Source: Octopus vulgaris
Lineage: Eukaryota
NCBI GenBank assembly: GCA_951406725.2
Contig: OX597814.1
Coordinates: 124,248,001 to 124,312,000 of the forward strand
DNA: 64,000 bases
Direction: 5' to 3'
Positions 1 through 14,423 of this stretch are shown here, piece after piece. The notes below the pieces were generated by a model. It was not told the DNA's origin. It made no database searches and saw only the letters and a program-made list of their open reading frames with translations. Within the stretch, counting starts at the first letter, position 1, and the number at the start of each line of letters is the position of its first letter. The position numbers and the translations under genes were made by a program.

Positions 1-93
1 TACATTATATACATGCACACATACATACATACGTATATATATATATTTAGAGGAATATATACATATATATATATATATAAACAAGCTAACACC

Positions 94-124
<31 letters not shown>

Positions 125-157
125 ATATATATGTATGTATGCATGCATGTATGTATG

Positions 158-202
<45 letters not shown>

Positions 203-210
203 GCATATCT
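1..210. repeat. (AT)n/(TACA)n compound microsatellite
   Basis: Simple repeats seen directly; source of the spurious YIYI ORF 13-243. Confidence 0.95.
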
Positions 211-954
211 GTATGCATAAATACATTATATTATTATTTATAATACATTATGTCATTATTGTTTATGTGTTCTTTGAAACATTGTACTGTTTATTTTGGA
301 AGAATATTTGAAAGAGCAGACATGCTAAGTACCAAATAAACATTATTTTTCTCTTTTAGCATATTGGAGAAAAAAATAAAGATATGAAAAATTTACAAGA
401 CCAAGATTACATCTTCAATTCTAGTTACATCTACCTATTCTTTGAAAAGGTTGGGGTGGGGAATCTCAGTTATATAATTTCTGTTTTTCAGAGGAAATAT
501 TTATACATTTCAAGCAGAATGATTCTAAACACATAATCTACCTAATGTCACTCATATTAAACGCGTGTTAAATTCCACCTAATACTCACACTAAACACAT
601 ACTGTGCAAAATAGCAGAGCAGCCATATTAAGCACATATGTTAGTATGTGCCAGATACTGGCATGCATTCCAGTATCAGTGTCATATTTTTGCTGATTAA
701 CATCTACTTACACACAGGGTTTACTACTTGCTAGTTTCTTCAATCAAGTGCCTCAGTTATGGGTCATGTTGTAAATAAAGATCCTTTGGCTTAGGCATAT
801 ATGAAATAAAATAGGGCTTGGCCCCTAGACATATGTCATACCAGCTCAGAGATGTGTAGATATGATCTAATGTCATATGAGTCAGTCCCTCTGTTTAAGG
901 ATTAAATAACCCCATACCTCAGAGATAAGCTTGGGAGAGTAAACTACAAGTATA

Positions 955-1140
955 GTAGCAGGTAGAATTCTTAGCATGTCGGACTAAATGCTTAGCAGCA
1001 TTTCTTCTTTGTTCTGGGTTCAAATCTCATAGAAGTTAATTTTTTCTTTCACCCCTTCAGGGTCAAAAATTATAAAGGACCACTCAAATACAAGGACTGA
1101 TGCAACTGACTTCTCTCTTCCCCTTAAAATTGCTAGCCTT
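955..1140 (+). mobile_element. Degenerate tRNA-derived SINE, group B (Meta-domain-like core)
   Basis: agaattcttagcatgtcggactaaatgcttagc...gggttcaaat...tttcaccccttcagggtcaa matches the cleaner copies at 16160-16578 and 57345-57760. Confidence 0.7.
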
Positions 1141-1195
1141 GAATTCTGCAAAGAACAGGCATCCTGTTGAAGGGAATGCCATGTTCTTGATCATT

Positions 1196-1823
1196 TATGA
1201 GGGGGTGCTCTTTTACTCTTTTACTTGTTTCAGTCATTTGACTGTGGCCATGCTGGAGCACCACCTTTAGTCAAGCAAATCGACCCCAGGACTTATTTTT
1301 TGTAAGCCTAGTACTTATTCTATCGTTCTCTTTTGCCGAACTGCTAAGTTACAGGGACATAAACACACCAGTATCGATTGTCAAGCAATGAGGGGGGGGA
1401 CAAACACAGACACACAAACATACACACACACACACACACACACATACGGCAGGCTTCTTCCAGTTTCCATCTACCAAATCCACTCACAAGGCTTTGGTCA
1501 GCCCGAGGCTATAGTAGAAGACACTTGCCAAAGGTGCTACGCAGTGGGACTGAACCCAGAATCATGTGGTTTGTAAGCAAGCTACTTACCACACAGCCAC
1601 TCCTATGCCTAGTGCTGAAAAGTTCCTGGCTTTGGGTAAAAGAAAATACATAACGATCAGTTAATTATGATTTTATTCAACGTATTCCTCTCCTAGATTC
1701 AAACACTTACTGCAGTGGTCCTTCAGATTTATCAAGCCTTGTAAAAGAAATCGGAAGGTTGAGCCTCCAACCAGGCCTTTTACAACATCCTTAAAGCGAG
1801 GAATTTTTCAGCACCCCATTGTA
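1196..1823. mobile_element. Mariner-type MITE with TA ends, interrupted by a SINE
   Basis: Left TIR TA-TGAGGGGGTGCT|GAAAAGTTCCTGGCTTT is split by the SINE; right TIR aaagcgaggaatttttcagcaccccattg-TA. The same left end recurs at 40558. Confidence 0.75.
1210..1611 (-). mobile_element. tRNA-derived SINE, group A (CORE-like central motif), near full length
   Basis: Minus strand has A-box TGGCTGTGTGG, B-box GGTTCAGTCC, internal (TG)n and an (AGTAAAAG) tail; GTGCT is duplicated at 1205-1209 and 1612-1616. Confidence 0.9.
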
Positions 1824-2535
1824 CATGTCATGAAAACCAGGTACCTAGTATTACAAGTCCTAGGGTTCAAGAAAAAAAATGAAAGCAAAAATTGCTAACA
1901 GAAGGTATTGAGAAACCATGGCTGAATCTTTCCCCACAAAATCATGAATCTCCAGATATTAAGTATGGAAATCCATAGTTACCAACACTTGTAAATAATC
2001 TATAAAAGAAAGAGAGAGAGAGAGGTAGAGAGGGAAAGAAAGGGTGAGAGAGAGCAAGAGGAGAAAGATAGAGAGTGATCCGTAAGAAACATTACTGTAC
2101 AATTAGACATTCATTCTAATTACTGGATGGTAATTAACCATGTTATATTAGAAAGAGTACTGAGTGCAATTTAAATTATTCAGCTGATATCCGTTATTTT
2201 TTTTTAATCTGACTAAAAGACCTGTTGAATAATAGCTTACAGCTGGTACATAATTCTGTGTATCTTACACACGATGAACATGCACACATGTGCATGCATG
2301 TATGCACATATGCTTGCACAGTTGTTCACACACTTTTACATACACACACATGAAACAGATATGATAAATTGGTATGTCTGTGTATGTAAAGTCTCACAAG
2401 AAAAAAAGTGAGAAAAGATTAGCTAAAATTATGATAGAGTGAAACTATGCAAACTAAATAACAGGCTAAGATGAGGGAAAACTACATCCATTTGTCCATA
2501 CATACATTAATATATACTCACAAGTACACACACAC

Positions 2536-2614
<79 letters not shown>

Positions 2615-2797
2615 ATATGTATATGTATATAAATAAGGATAAGATCATTATTTAAATATCAAACTTATCAGGTGGCCAGCATGGGAATAAAAACCTTCAA
2701 AGGTCATAATTATTATTAAAATTATAATTTAGGGTATCTAAGAGATACCATTATTGTGGTGGTAACTCTTAGATACTTTAAATTATAATTATATTTA

Positions 2798-2874
<77 letters not shown>

Positions 2875-2933
2875 AAGTAGCTGCTTTCTTGTATTTGAGC
2901 AAAGCTGTTGCTTGAAAGAAGCATTGAAATGAG

Positions 2934-3190
2934 TCATTGATGATGCAATGTGAGGTCCTTATAACCTTTGAACCTGGCCAAAGATCTGCACATTCTGTTG
3001 CATAATGTGCAGGTGTGCTGGCTGGCAGAGGGAACAGTTGCCATAGTATGAAGTCTTTCGACATGCCTTTTCAATCCTCCAAGTGAAAGGCATACCTTTC
3101 CACAGGTTGCACATGTTCTGTTGCAAACAATAGCTGTATCACAATTTACAAGGGGTTCATTCCTGTGAATTTTCTGATGGCTGACCAGGC
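2934..3190 (-). mobile_element. 3' end of an RTE/BovB-type LINE (C-terminal Cys/His motifs)
   Basis: CATCGKVCLSLGGLKRH and CTLCNRMCRSLA resemble the CxxC..C.S..GL..H terminus of RTE ORF2. Confidence 0.6.
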
Positions 3191-3204
3191 CTGCATGACT
3201 CCAG

Positions 3205-4215
3205 CATGAAAAGGGATTGGGGGACCCTGTCAAATGCTTTCTCCAAGTCTACAAAAGCTAAGTAGAGGGGTTTATCTTTAGCTAGGTACTTCTCCTGCAG
3301 TTGTCGAACCAGGAATATGGCATCAGTGGTGCTTCTACCCGGAACAAAACCGAACGGTATCTGGTCTAAGCAGACTCTCTCCCTAATGAGATGGGCTATG
3401 GCCCTCTCCGTGACCTTCATCTCCTGATCCAGCAGTTTGATACCCTTGTAGTTATTTCTATCTAGAGCATCATCTTTACCCTTGTAGCAGTTAATTGTGG
3501 TGCTGCTACGCCAGTCACTGGGTATGACTCCATTACGAACAACCTGGTTTATAATGCGGTGACTAAGCCATAACCCACACCACCAGATGTTTTAATCATC
3601 TCAGCAGTGATTCCTGATGAGCCGGGGGCTTTTCCTGGCTTCATATTCTTAATTGCTTAATCTACTTGGGAGCTGTCTATTGGGATAGCTGGTCCCTCTA
3701 CTCATCATCATTGTTCGACCGTGGTCGAGACAATGGAATTTACTATGTTACGCCAGACTTCACGGTCCATCATAGCATTATGGAGGTCCTGTTGCTGGAT
3801 GCATATACATACATACATATACATACATACATATACATACATACATACATATACATACACACATATACATACATACATACATACATACATACATACATAC
3901 ATACATGCACATATACATACATACATACATGCACATATACATACATTTATACATACAAACATATATACATACATTCATACACACACACATACATACATAT
4001 AGTATCCCTGGAGATTACATCAGGGTAGGAGAGTGTGCGCCCTAGGCTCTCCTCCTCCCATTCATTCTCCACATTCAGCAGTCATTCATAATAGCTTCTC
4101 CAAGCCTCTTTCTATTCAGAAACATTAAAAGCAAATGCACCACCATCCATGCAGATGCATTTCTCTCCTGTGACATCACAATTTTCTCTCACACACTGTC
4201 TAGCAATCTGAAATA
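3205..4215 (-). mobile_element. RTE-clade LINE reverse-transcriptase fragment (interrupted)
   Basis: FGFVPGRSTTDAIFLVRQLQEKYLAKDKPLYLAFVDLEKAFDRVP; upstream KPGKAPGSSGITAEMIK and EAWRSYYE*LLNVENEWEE pieces. Confidence 0.9.
3700..4045 (-). mobile_element. Nested 3' end of a second RTE-type LINE, split by a (TACA)n expansion
   Basis: RTLSYPDVISRDT/IQQQDLHNAMMDREVWRNIV* followed by an (ATG)n tail. Confidence 0.7.
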
Positions 4216-4231
4216 CCTCAGTTCTTTGGTC

Positions 4232-4273
<42 letters not shown>

Positions 4274-4389
4274 TTACAATGGTTACAATGGTTAAATCGA
4301 AATCTATGTAGGGAATTAATGCTGTAAACTTGTGTTTATCACAATTTCCTCTCTCTCCCTCCCTCTTTCACCACACACACACACACACA

Positions 4390-4700
4390 CATCATCATCA
4401 TCATCATCATCATTTACCATTCGTTGTCCATGCTGGTATGGGTTGAATAGTTTGACCAGGGCTGGCAAGCTGGAAGGCTGCACCAGACCCCAGTCTGATT
4501 TGGCATGGTTTCTACAGCTGGATACCCTTCCTTACACCAACCACTCCGAGAATATAATGGGTGCTTTTACATGCCACCGGCACAGGTGCCATTTGTGTGA
4601 TTCTGGTATCTGCCAAGACTGTGATTTTGCTCGGCTTCATAGGATTCCTTCTCAAGTATGACAAATAGTCATTGCCTCCATTAGGCCCAATGCTCAAAAG
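4390..4700 (-). mobile_element. RTE LINE 3'UTR fragment with (ATG)n tail
   Basis: Matches the 3'UTR physically linked to the RT at 50783-52295 (ctacagctggat.cccttcct..caccaaccactcc). Confidence 0.85.
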
Positions 4701-4729
4701 GAGCTCAATAAATATATCTCTTTTATTTT

Positions 4730-5101
4730 TTTACTCTTTTACTTGTTTCAGTCATTTGACTGTGGCCATGCTAGAGCACTGCCTTTAGTCGAGCAAATCG
4801 AACCCAGGACTTATTCTTTGTAAGCCTAGTACTTATTCTATCGGTCTCTTATGCCGAACCGCTAAGTTACGGGAACGTAAACACACCAGCATCTGTTGTC
4901 AAGTGATGTTGGGTAGACAAACACAGACACACAAACATATACACACATATATACGACAGGCTTCTTTCAGTTTCCGTCTACCAAATCCACTCACAAGGCT
5001 TTGGTCGACCCGAGGCTATAGTAGAAGGCACTTGCCCAAGGTGCCACACAGTGAGACTGAACCTGGAACCATGTGGTTGGTAAACAAGCTACTTACCACA
5101 C
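4730..5101 (-). mobile_element. Group A SINE
   Basis: Highly similar to 1210-1611. Confidence 0.9.
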
Positions 5102-5363
5102 TATATATGATGAACTTCATTTAGTTTCGGTCTATGAAATGCACTCACAAGACTTTGGTTAGCCTGGGGTTATAGTAGAAGACATTTGCTCAAGTTACTG
5201 CACTATGGAACCTGAATCTGGCCCAGGTGATTGAATAGCAAACTTTGTAACCATACAGCTATCCATACCCCTTGCCACACACACACACACACACCCACAC
5301 GAAATGTATCTATTAACAAAGTGTCTCAGTAAATCTAATCCTGTCATTGTTTCTTTTCTAAAG

Positions 5364-5580
5364 CCATAATGTCCTCAGTGAGTTGCTGAAGAAACAAGGT
5401 GCTGCAGTTCAAATTTTGGTATATGACTACGATAAACTGAAGCGTGACGATTTTGTAGGAGAAGCTGTGATCCCTTTATCATCAATCCCACAGCTGAATG
5501 GCAATGCTTTGGCCTTTGAGAGAACCCCTGGAATAATCCTTCCATTGAAGAGACCCTCTATGGCAGAAGGACCGTTAAAA
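5364..5580 (+). CDS. BAIAP3: Penultimate coding exon of a BAIAP3/Munc13-4 (UNC13D)-family gene; C-terminal half of the C2B domain
   Basis: Acceptor ttcttttctaaag|, donor |gtgagt. Translates HNVLSELLKKQGAAVQILVYDYDKLKRDDFVGEAVIPLSSIP...LPLKRPSMAEGPLK with Ca2+-loop DxDxxxxDD; ends in phase 0. Family recognised from memory of the BAIAP3/UNC13D C-terminus; paralog identity is uncertain. Confidence 0.88.
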
Positions 5581-5765
5581 GTGAGTAACTCTTTGTAAAA
5601 ACATGAAATTTAGTGTTGTTGTTGTTGTAGTGGTGCCATTTCTTCAAATGAATACAATGGACAAAGTACAGAATCATAACAATGTCTGGCAAAAATGCTT
5701 AATGGTTTTCCTTCTGTCTTTGCATTCTGAGTTCCAATTTTGTTGTGTTTGGCTTTATCTTTCAT

Positions 5766-5920
5766 CGGGGGTGGACTGAGAGTATTATGGGCCCTTGGGC
5801 ATAACTGTTTATCGGCCCCTTAGGATTGATATCACTAGAGTTAAAGTGTAGAGTGTGGGCCTCTAAGAGTTCCAGGTTCTCGAGCAGTGCCCGATTGACC
5901 GATGGCTTAGTCCACCCATG
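5766..5920. mobile_element. hAT-type MITE inserted in a group B SINE
   Basis: TIRs cgggggtggactgag / cttagtccacccatg; 8-bp TSD tctttcat/cctttcat. Confidence 0.7.
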
Positions 5921-6109
5921 CCTTTCATCCTTTCGGGGGTTGATAAAATGAGTCCCAGCTGAGCACTGGGATCAGTCAAGTCAACTAGTCCTCTTCCTCC
6001 AGAATTTGATACACTGTCCCTATAGTAGAAAAAATTGGGGTTGCTGTGATTGACTAGCCCTTTCCTTCCTCTAAAATTTGCTGGCCTTGTGCCAAAATTA
6101 GAAACAAAA

Positions 6110-6128
6110 ATTATTATTATTATTATTA

Positions 6129-6190
<62 letters not shown>

Positions 6191-6435
6191 GTTATTATTA
6201 TTATTATTATTGAGGCATCAAGCTGGCAGAATCATTAGCATGCTAGCTGAAATGCTCAGCAGTATTTCGTCTGCCGCTACGTTCTGAGTTTAAATTTTGC
6301 TGAGGTCAATTTTGCCTTTCATCCTTTTGGGTTTGATAAATTAAGTACTAGTGAAACATTGGGGTTTATGTAGTCGACTTAACCCCATCCTGCAAATTTT
6401 AGGCCTTGTGCCTTTAGTAGAAAGGATTATCATCA

Positions 6436-6490
<55 letters not shown>

Positions 6491-6728
6491 TATTGTTATT
6501 ATTATTATTCTATGTTTGACTTTTGCTTTACATTTGTACAAGTTGGCTCCAAGTCTCCCAGAGACCTCAAGAGACAACAAGTTGGAAGTTCATGTTGGTG
6601 GTATGCCTAGGGTGCCATATATTTGGTTTAGTGTTGTACTAGTGAATGTCTAAAAACCCATACGAAAATTATGTTTGTTTTATAACTTGAGATTACATAG
6701 AAAGTATTTATTATTATTATTATTATTA

Positions 6729-6780
<52 letters not shown>

Positions 6781-6990
6781 CATTATTAAGGCGGTGAGCT
6801 GACAGAACTGTTAGTGCAGTGGGAAAAATGCTAATCAACATTTCAGCTGTCTTTATGTTTTGAGTTCAAATGCCGCCAAGGTTGACTTCACCTTTCATCC
6901 TTTTGGGATGAGTACTGGGGGAGGGGATGCATTGTAATTGACTTACCCCTCCCCCAGACTTGTTGGCTTTGTGCCAACATTAGAAATTTC
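6110..6990 (+). mobile_element. Group B SINE copies (about 6212-6425 and 6790-6990) embedded in (ATT)n tracts
   Basis: gagctggcagaatcattagc...gcctttcatccttttggg motifs alternate with (ATT)n. Confidence 0.8.
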
Positions 6991-7191
6991 TATCATTATA
7001 AATGGTAAATAGTATTCAATAGGAATTTTTTTCCTCTGAAATACTTCTTTCTTGAGGAATCATCTAAGTATTGTGCATTTGACATGTAATGTAAAAATAT
7101 TTAACGTATACAGTATGTGGGTGTTTTAGACAGTGTTTAAAAGATTATGTTATGCAGAACTCAATAAGAAGCATAAATTCAAATATGTATT

Positions 7192-7408
7192 GTTAGTTGT
7201 TAGTTGTCGGAGCACTGCATCCTTCAAAAGTTCCATGCTTTCTAAGATTCGCCAACACTACACCTGATTTTCTCCCCTCCATACACACACAGGCATGTAC
7301 CTGACTCATACACTGTTCATTTTCCAGACATTTGTACATTACTGCATAAACTCTGAAAAGTTGTGGTGCACCTGAGCACTGTATACAATAATTTCATTAT
7401 TATTATAT
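7192..7408 (+). mobile_element. CR1-like LINE 3' end with (ATT)n tail
   Basis: Same family as the longer copy at 24705-24980, which encodes FFTLRVAEVWN.LPASVVSC. Confidence 0.7.
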
Positions 7409-8260
7409 TCTGAAAGATTACAGTTACTTGTAGTTTTCACCCTGATTTCTCATATATACACAGACAAAAACAGTCACTGTATTCAAGGAATAGTAATTAA
7501 TTTTGCTAGTGCCACATAAAAAGCATCCCTGATGGTATCACGCAATAAGCATATGTACTGGTGCCTCGTAAAAGCATGCAGTAGATATTGTAAAGTGGTT
7601 GGTGTTAGGAAGGGCATCCAGCTGTAGACACCTTGTCAAAACAGACAGCAGGAACCTAGTGCAGCTCTCCAGCTTGCAAGCAGCTGTCAAACTATCCTAC
7701 CCATTAAACAATATATGATAATAATACATACATACATAATACATATATAGCATGGAAAACAGACATTAAATGAGGATGATGATGAAGATATATATATATA
7801 TATATATATGTATGTGTATGTCTGTGTGTGTGTGTGCATGTGTGTGTGTGTGTGCATGTGTGTGTATGTATACATACATACGTACATACATACATACGTA
7901 CATACATACATACATACATACATACATACATACATACATACATACACACACATACATGCACAAACACAGGCAGACAGACACAGACACTCACACACACATA
8001 GAGATAGATAGATAGATAGATGTAAGTGTGGCTGTGTAGAAAGAAGTTTGCTTTCCCAGCACTTGGTTCTGGATTCAGTCTCACTGATGGCAAATTGGGA
8101 AAGAATCTTCTAACTTTCACCATGAGCTGACTAAAGCCTTGGTAGGTGGAAACTGAAAGAAGCCCATTGTATATATATATATAGTTAGAGAGAAAGAAAA
8201 AGTCATGCATTTTCATTCACTATTCAACATGCTTCTAAACTTGCCAGCGCTGAAGGTGGC

Positions 8261-8356
<96 letters not shown>

Positions 8357-8361
8357 GAGAT

Positions 8362-8394
<33 letters not shown>

Positions 8395-8972
8395 TAGAGA
8401 GAGAGAGAGGAGAGCAGTTAAAAAACTAAGCTTCTATGCGTGTTGAATAATCATTGTTTAAATAAAACATCAACAATTTGCTTTCATACAAAATAAACTG
8501 TAAGGGCGAGCAACATGACTAATGTTTATTTTTAAAATTACTGTGGTTAATACTGAACTAGTTTCATATTTAATAGACAAATTAAACAAATCAATTTTTT
8601 AAAAAAAATAATTTAATTTGAATTTGTTATATTACAATCATCAATAGGTAGTATACTCCCATGTTTTTGCAAAACAAACAAAAACATAACTTAAAATATA
8701 TTTGCCGTTATTAATCCACCGTAATTTGTAATTGAAGGTACACAAGGAAAAGAGTTGATGGTTTATTTAAACATTGATCATTCAACATGCATGGAAACTT
8801 AGTTTTTAACTGATCTCCTCTCTCTCTATATCTATATATATACATATATAAATACACCCATACATATATCTATGTGTGTGTTTGTGTGTTCCTCAAAACC
8901 ACTTGACAATTGGTATTGGTTTGTTTACATCCTCATATGTTAGCAGTTCAGCAAAAGAGACTGATAGGATAA

Positions 8973-9266
8973 GGTTGTTCCTTCTTGAGCCACGCCTGGC
9001 TCATTAGGGCTGGTTTCCTGGTTTCCTTGGTGTATAGGTTCCCCACCTGGACAAGACACCAGTCCGTCGCAGGTGAGCTGCAAGATGCAGGAGGAAAGAG
9101 TGAGAGAAAGTTGTTGCGAAAGAGTCAGCAGAAGTTCGCCATTACCTTCTGCCAGAGCCGCGTGGAGCTTAGGTGTTTTGCTCATAAACACACACATCGC
9201 CTGGTCTGAGATTCGAACTCGCGATCCCTCGACCGCAAGTCCACTGCTCTAACCCCTAGGCCATGT
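8973..9266 (-). mobile_element. tRNA-headed SINE, group C (Deu/Nin-domain-like segment)
   Basis: Head atggcctag.ggttagagcagtggacttgcggtcgagggatcgcgagttcgaatctc; body gacggactggtgtcttgtccaggtggggaacc; sister copy at 33855-34161. Confidence 0.8.
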
Positions 9267-9469
9267 GATAAATACCAGACTTTAAAAGTGTAATTTCTGG
9301 GGCTGATTTGCTCAACTGAACCCTTGAAGGCAGTGCTCGAGCATGGCTACTGTCTAATGACTGAAAGATAAAAACAGACAGGCAGACACACACACTCACA
9401 CACACAAACACACACCAACACACATAAACACACCACATATATACTTATATATATATGTCTTTTTTCATT

Positions 9470-9856
9470 TTCTTATTTCTACTTGTTTTAGTCATCAGAC
9501 TGTGACCATGCTGGGGCACTACCTTGAAGAATTTTAGTCAACCGAATTGACCCCTAGAACTTACTGCTATTTTTTAAAGCCTGGTACTTACTTTATCAGT
9601 CTCTTTTAGCTGAATTGCTAAGTTATGGGGATGTAAACACACCAACACCGGTTGTCAAGTTGTGGAGGACAAACACTGACACAAAGACACACACACATAC
9701 ACATGACAGGTTTCTTTCAGTTTCCATCTACCAAATCCACTCATAAGGTTTCAGTTGGCCCACTACTATAGCAGAAGGCGCATACTAAAGGTGCCATGCA
9801 GTGGGACTGAACCTGGAACCATGTGGTTAGGAAGTAAACTTCTTACCAGATAGCCA
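9470..9856 (-). mobile_element. Group A SINE (older copy)
   Basis: Similarity to 1210-1611. Confidence 0.85.
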
Positions 9857-10702
9857 CACACACACACATACATGAATTCGACCAGAAGCCAGTTGTTTCA
9901 CTTGTCAATGACCTTCAGGTGCTTTAACATCCAGCACAATGAGGGAGCCATCCCTCAACTAGAATACCACTGCAAACTGGTGAACAAACACAACACATAC
10001 AGTGAGTATGTGTATTCATCGATATTCCTCTCTGTGCCTGGGAGATCTCGCATCCATGCTGTAAGTCTTCATTTCCACACACACCAGCTTAATTCAATTC
10101 GTCCTTAGTCGAAAGACACCTGTTGTTATGTCCTGTTATTATTTTTATTGTATTTGTGTAACATTGTCCGTTTTTTTCCATCCTTGTTTTTGTATACATT
10201 TGCTGCTTTCTTCCAAGGAATCTAATGCTCTTAGCTTAGTTTTTCCTTGGGGCTGGCCTCATTGGAGCAATCTCCCATTTTTGTATCACTTAACTGTCCG
10301 GATGTTTTGTGTTTTTGGCACATTTTGTATTTTATATATATATAACGTATGAAGGTTTGGTATTTTTTTGCCAAACAACCACACAGATGATTTGTTTATA
10401 GTGATCAAATGTTTGTGTACACGCAAGCTCACTCCCTTCATCAAATCGATATTACCTGTACAGGTACACCATATGCCACATGTCAGATGACAAAACGATT
10501 GCAGAGCAACATGAAATGAAGTGCTTTGCTCAAGAGCATAAAGCAACGGTTAGTCTGGGAATCAAACCCATGATCTAGAAATCATGAGTGCAAGACCCTA
10601 ACCACTAAGCCATCAATACACACACACATACACACGCACATACGCACATATATGTGCGTGTGTGTATATATATATATATGTATGTATGTATATGTATGTA
10701 TA

Positions 10703-11371
10703 TCATCATCGTTTAACATCCGTTTTCCATGCAGGCATGGGTTGGATGGTTTGACTGGGGACTGGCAAGCCAGTAGGCTGCACCAGGCTCCAATCTGATC
10801 TGGCAGTATTTCTATAGCTGGATGCCCTTCCTAATGCCAACCACTTCAAGAGTGTAGCAGGTGCTTTTTATGCGCCACTGGCATGGGAGCCAGTTAGGCG
10901 GCACTGGCATCGGCCATGTTTGGATGGTGCTTTTTACATGCTACCAGCTCAGAAGCCAGTCAGGGTAGTGGGGCTGGCATTGACCACGTTTGGATGGTAC
11001 TTTTTTACATGTCACTGGCATGGAGAGCCAGTCAGGTGGCACTGACAATGATCCACACATTCATGGTGCTTATTGCATGCGACTAGCATGGGAGCCAGTC
11101 AGGCAGGACTGGCATCAGCCACAACTACAATTTCCATTTGATTGTGATTTGATTTTGATTTTGATTTTGATTTTACTTGACTCAATAGGTCTCCTCAAGC
11201 ATGGAATGTCACCCGATGATTCAGAGGTATTTTTTTAAATGGGCTGGTTATGCGACAAAGGTGTAGGCTACAGCTGTGATCTCACTTTACTTGCTGGGTC
11301 TTCTCAATCACAGCATATCATTGCCTCATGTATATATATATATATATACATACACACATATATAATACTAA

Positions 11372-11407
<36 letters not shown>

Positions 11408-12020
11408 TATGTAATACTAAATGATATATTATATATATATATATATATCTTATTTATTATTTACTATTGCATCATCATCATCATCACCGATTAACGTCCG
11501 TTTTCCATGCTGGCATGGGTTTGACAGTTTGCCTGAGGTCTGGAGAGCCAGCAGCTGCACCAGGCTTCAATCTGTTCTGGCAGAGTTTCTACATCTGGAT
11601 GCCCTTCCTAACGCCAACCACTCCAAGAGTATAGTGGATGTTTTTTTCCATGTCACTGGCACTGGGACCAGTAAGGTGGGCCTGGCAACGGTCATGTTGG
11701 ATGGTGCTCTTTACGTGCCACTGGCATGGGAGCCAGTCATGGGGCACCAGCCCCAGCTATGATATTGGTTTTACTTGACTCAACAGTTGTTCTCTAGCAT
11801 ATAATATTGCCCGATGCATCAGGAGTATTCTTAACATGGCTTGACATGCATGGTTGCAATCTCACTTTAGTTGTGGGCCTTCTCAATAACGGCATATCTC
11901 CAATGGTCCTGGTCTCCTGTCACTGCCTCTGTGAGGCCCAATGTTCGAAAGTCATGCTTCACCAACTCATCCCATGTCTTCCTGGGTCTACCTTTTCCTC
12001 AGGTCCCTTCTACAGTTAGG
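10703..12020 (-). mobile_element. Two RTE 3'-end fragments (10703-11330 and 11471-12020)
   Basis: 3'UTR tandem subrepeats (ggtgctttttacgtgccactggca); the second reaches the GRPRKTWDELVKHD C-terminus. Confidence 0.85.
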
Positions 12021-12219
12021 GAGGGTTTCGACCTCAAACTCACAAGAGTAAACAAGAGAGACAGAGACAGGCAGAAACAAAGAAAATGCCCCTTGTATTT
12101 GAATACTATGCAAATATTCTTTTAAAAAACTTTCCATTTAATTTCTCCAAAATTTAATTGTTTTCCATACTTCAATGACTGAAATGTTTTTCATAAAATT
12201 ATTTTAGCATTTTCTACCT

Positions 12220-12485
<266 letters not shown>

Positions 12486-12829
12486 TATGTAAGTGTAATG
12501 CATAAATATTTAATATATAAGTAGGTGTTTCAGACATTGATTAAAAGATTATGTTATGCAGAACTTAATAAGAAATGTAAACTCAAATATGCATATCTTT
12601 ATATTATTCTGAAAGGTGACAGTTATTTATAGGTTTCACTTTGCTGTCTCATTTATATACAGACAAAACAGTTATTATATTTTATGAAGTTGTTTTTGAT
12701 TCGTCTTTGTTGTTTTTTTTTTTGTTGGTTTCAGATTAATTTTTAGAAACCTACAATGTTTGCTTGATTATTCATTCTGGCACTTGGACACATTGGGTTA
12801 ATTGAATATTTTGGTATTTTCTAAAAGTC

Positions 12830-13925
12830 AAGTGGTGAGCTGGCAGAATTGTTAGCTTATCAGGCAAGATGCTTAGCAGCATTTCATCTTCAATTTACGC
12901 TCTGAATTCAAATTTCATTGTGGCCATCTTTATGTTTTATCCTTTCAGAGCTGATAAAAAAAGAAAAAGAAGTACCAGTTGAATACTGTGGTCAATGTAA
13001 TCAGTTTATTTAATCACCTTAAATTGCTGACCTTGGGACCATTATTCAAGACTCAAAATTTTGAGGAAGGGGGCCAGTCAGTTGATTAGATTGACTCCAG
13101 TACACAACTGGTACTTAATTTTTCGGCCTTCAAAGGATGAAAGGCAAAGTCAACTTTGGCAGAATTTGAAGATGGCGAAATACCATGAAGCATTTCGCCC
13201 GGTGTGCTAATGTTTCTTATTTCTTTATTGCCCACGAGGGGCTAAACATAGAGGGGACAAACAAGGACAGACAAAGGGGTCAAGTCGATTACATCGACCC
13301 CAGTGCGTAACTGGTACTTAATTTATCGACCCCGAAAGGATGAAAGGCAAAGTCAACCTCGGTGGAATATAAGCTCAGAACTTAAAGATGGACGAAATGC
13401 CGCTAATGTTTCTGCCAGCTCATCACCTTCAAACCAGTGTCATAGCACTTTCTTTTCTACTCTAGGCGCAAAGCCTGAAATTTTGAGGAAGAGGGCCAGT
13501 CGATTAGATCGACCCCAGTACACAACTGGTACTTAATTTATTGACCCCCAAAAGGATTAAAGGCACAGTTGACCTCAACAGAATTTGAACTCAGAACATA
13601 AAGACAGACAAAATACCACCTAGCATTTCCCCTGGCGTGCTAACATTGGCCTTGAAACCATTATTATCATTATAGTGATAATAATAGTTTAAAACCATTA
13701 TTATCATTATAAAGGTGGTGAGCTGGTAGAATCATTAGCATGCCAGGCAAGCTGCTTAGCTGTCTTTCATCCATCTTTACATTTTTTAGTTCAAATTCCA
13801 CTGAGGTTGTCTTTACCATTCATCATTTTTGAAGTTTATAAACTAAATAACATTTGATTACCGTGGCTGATGTAACTGACTTATGGTATCTCCTGAAATT
13901 TCTGGTCTTGAGCCAAAATTTGAAA
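12830..13925. mobile_element. Cluster of nested and inverted group B SINEs
   Basis: Repeated gaccccagtgcgtaactggtacttaatttatcgaccccgaaaggatgaaaggcaaagtc on both strands. Confidence 0.85.
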
Positions 13926-14002
13926 CCATAGCTGGAATGAGGTTTTAGCATTCTGTTTCATACTTCTTGTTCTGTGTTCAAATCCTATATTTGCATTATC
14001 AT

Positions 14003-14345
14003 TACTCTTTACTCTTTACTCTTTTACTTGTTTCAGTCATTTGACTGCGGCCATGCTGGAGCATCGCCTTTAATCGAGCAACTCGACCCCGTGACTTATT
14101 CTTTTGTAAGCCCAGTACTTATTCTATCGGTCTCTTTCGCCGAACCGCTAAGTAATGGGGACATAAACACACCAGCATCAGTTGTCAAGCAATGCTACGG
14201 GGACAAACACAGACACACAAACACACACATGCACATATATACATATATACGACGGGCTTCTTTCAGTTTCTGTCTACCAAATCCACTCACAAGGCTTTGG
14301 TTGGCCCGAGGCTATAGTAGAAGACACTTGCCCAAGGTGCCACGC
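14003..14345 (-). mobile_element. Group A SINE, 5'-truncated and fused to an RTE tail
   Basis: SINE body joins caaaccgtccaacccatgccagcatgg and (ATG)n. Confidence 0.85.
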
Positions 14346-14385
14346 AAACCGTCCAACCCATGCCAGCATGGACAACATATGCTAA

Positions 14386-14423
<38 letters not shown>

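Noticed and set aside
603-948. Possible solo LTR (TGT...ACA, internal AATAAA)
   Set aside because: No target-site duplication and no second copy.
1378-1653. Recurrent 'RLPNPLTRLWSARGYSRRHLPKVP' ORFs
   Set aside because: Antisense translation of the group A SINE, repeated at every copy.
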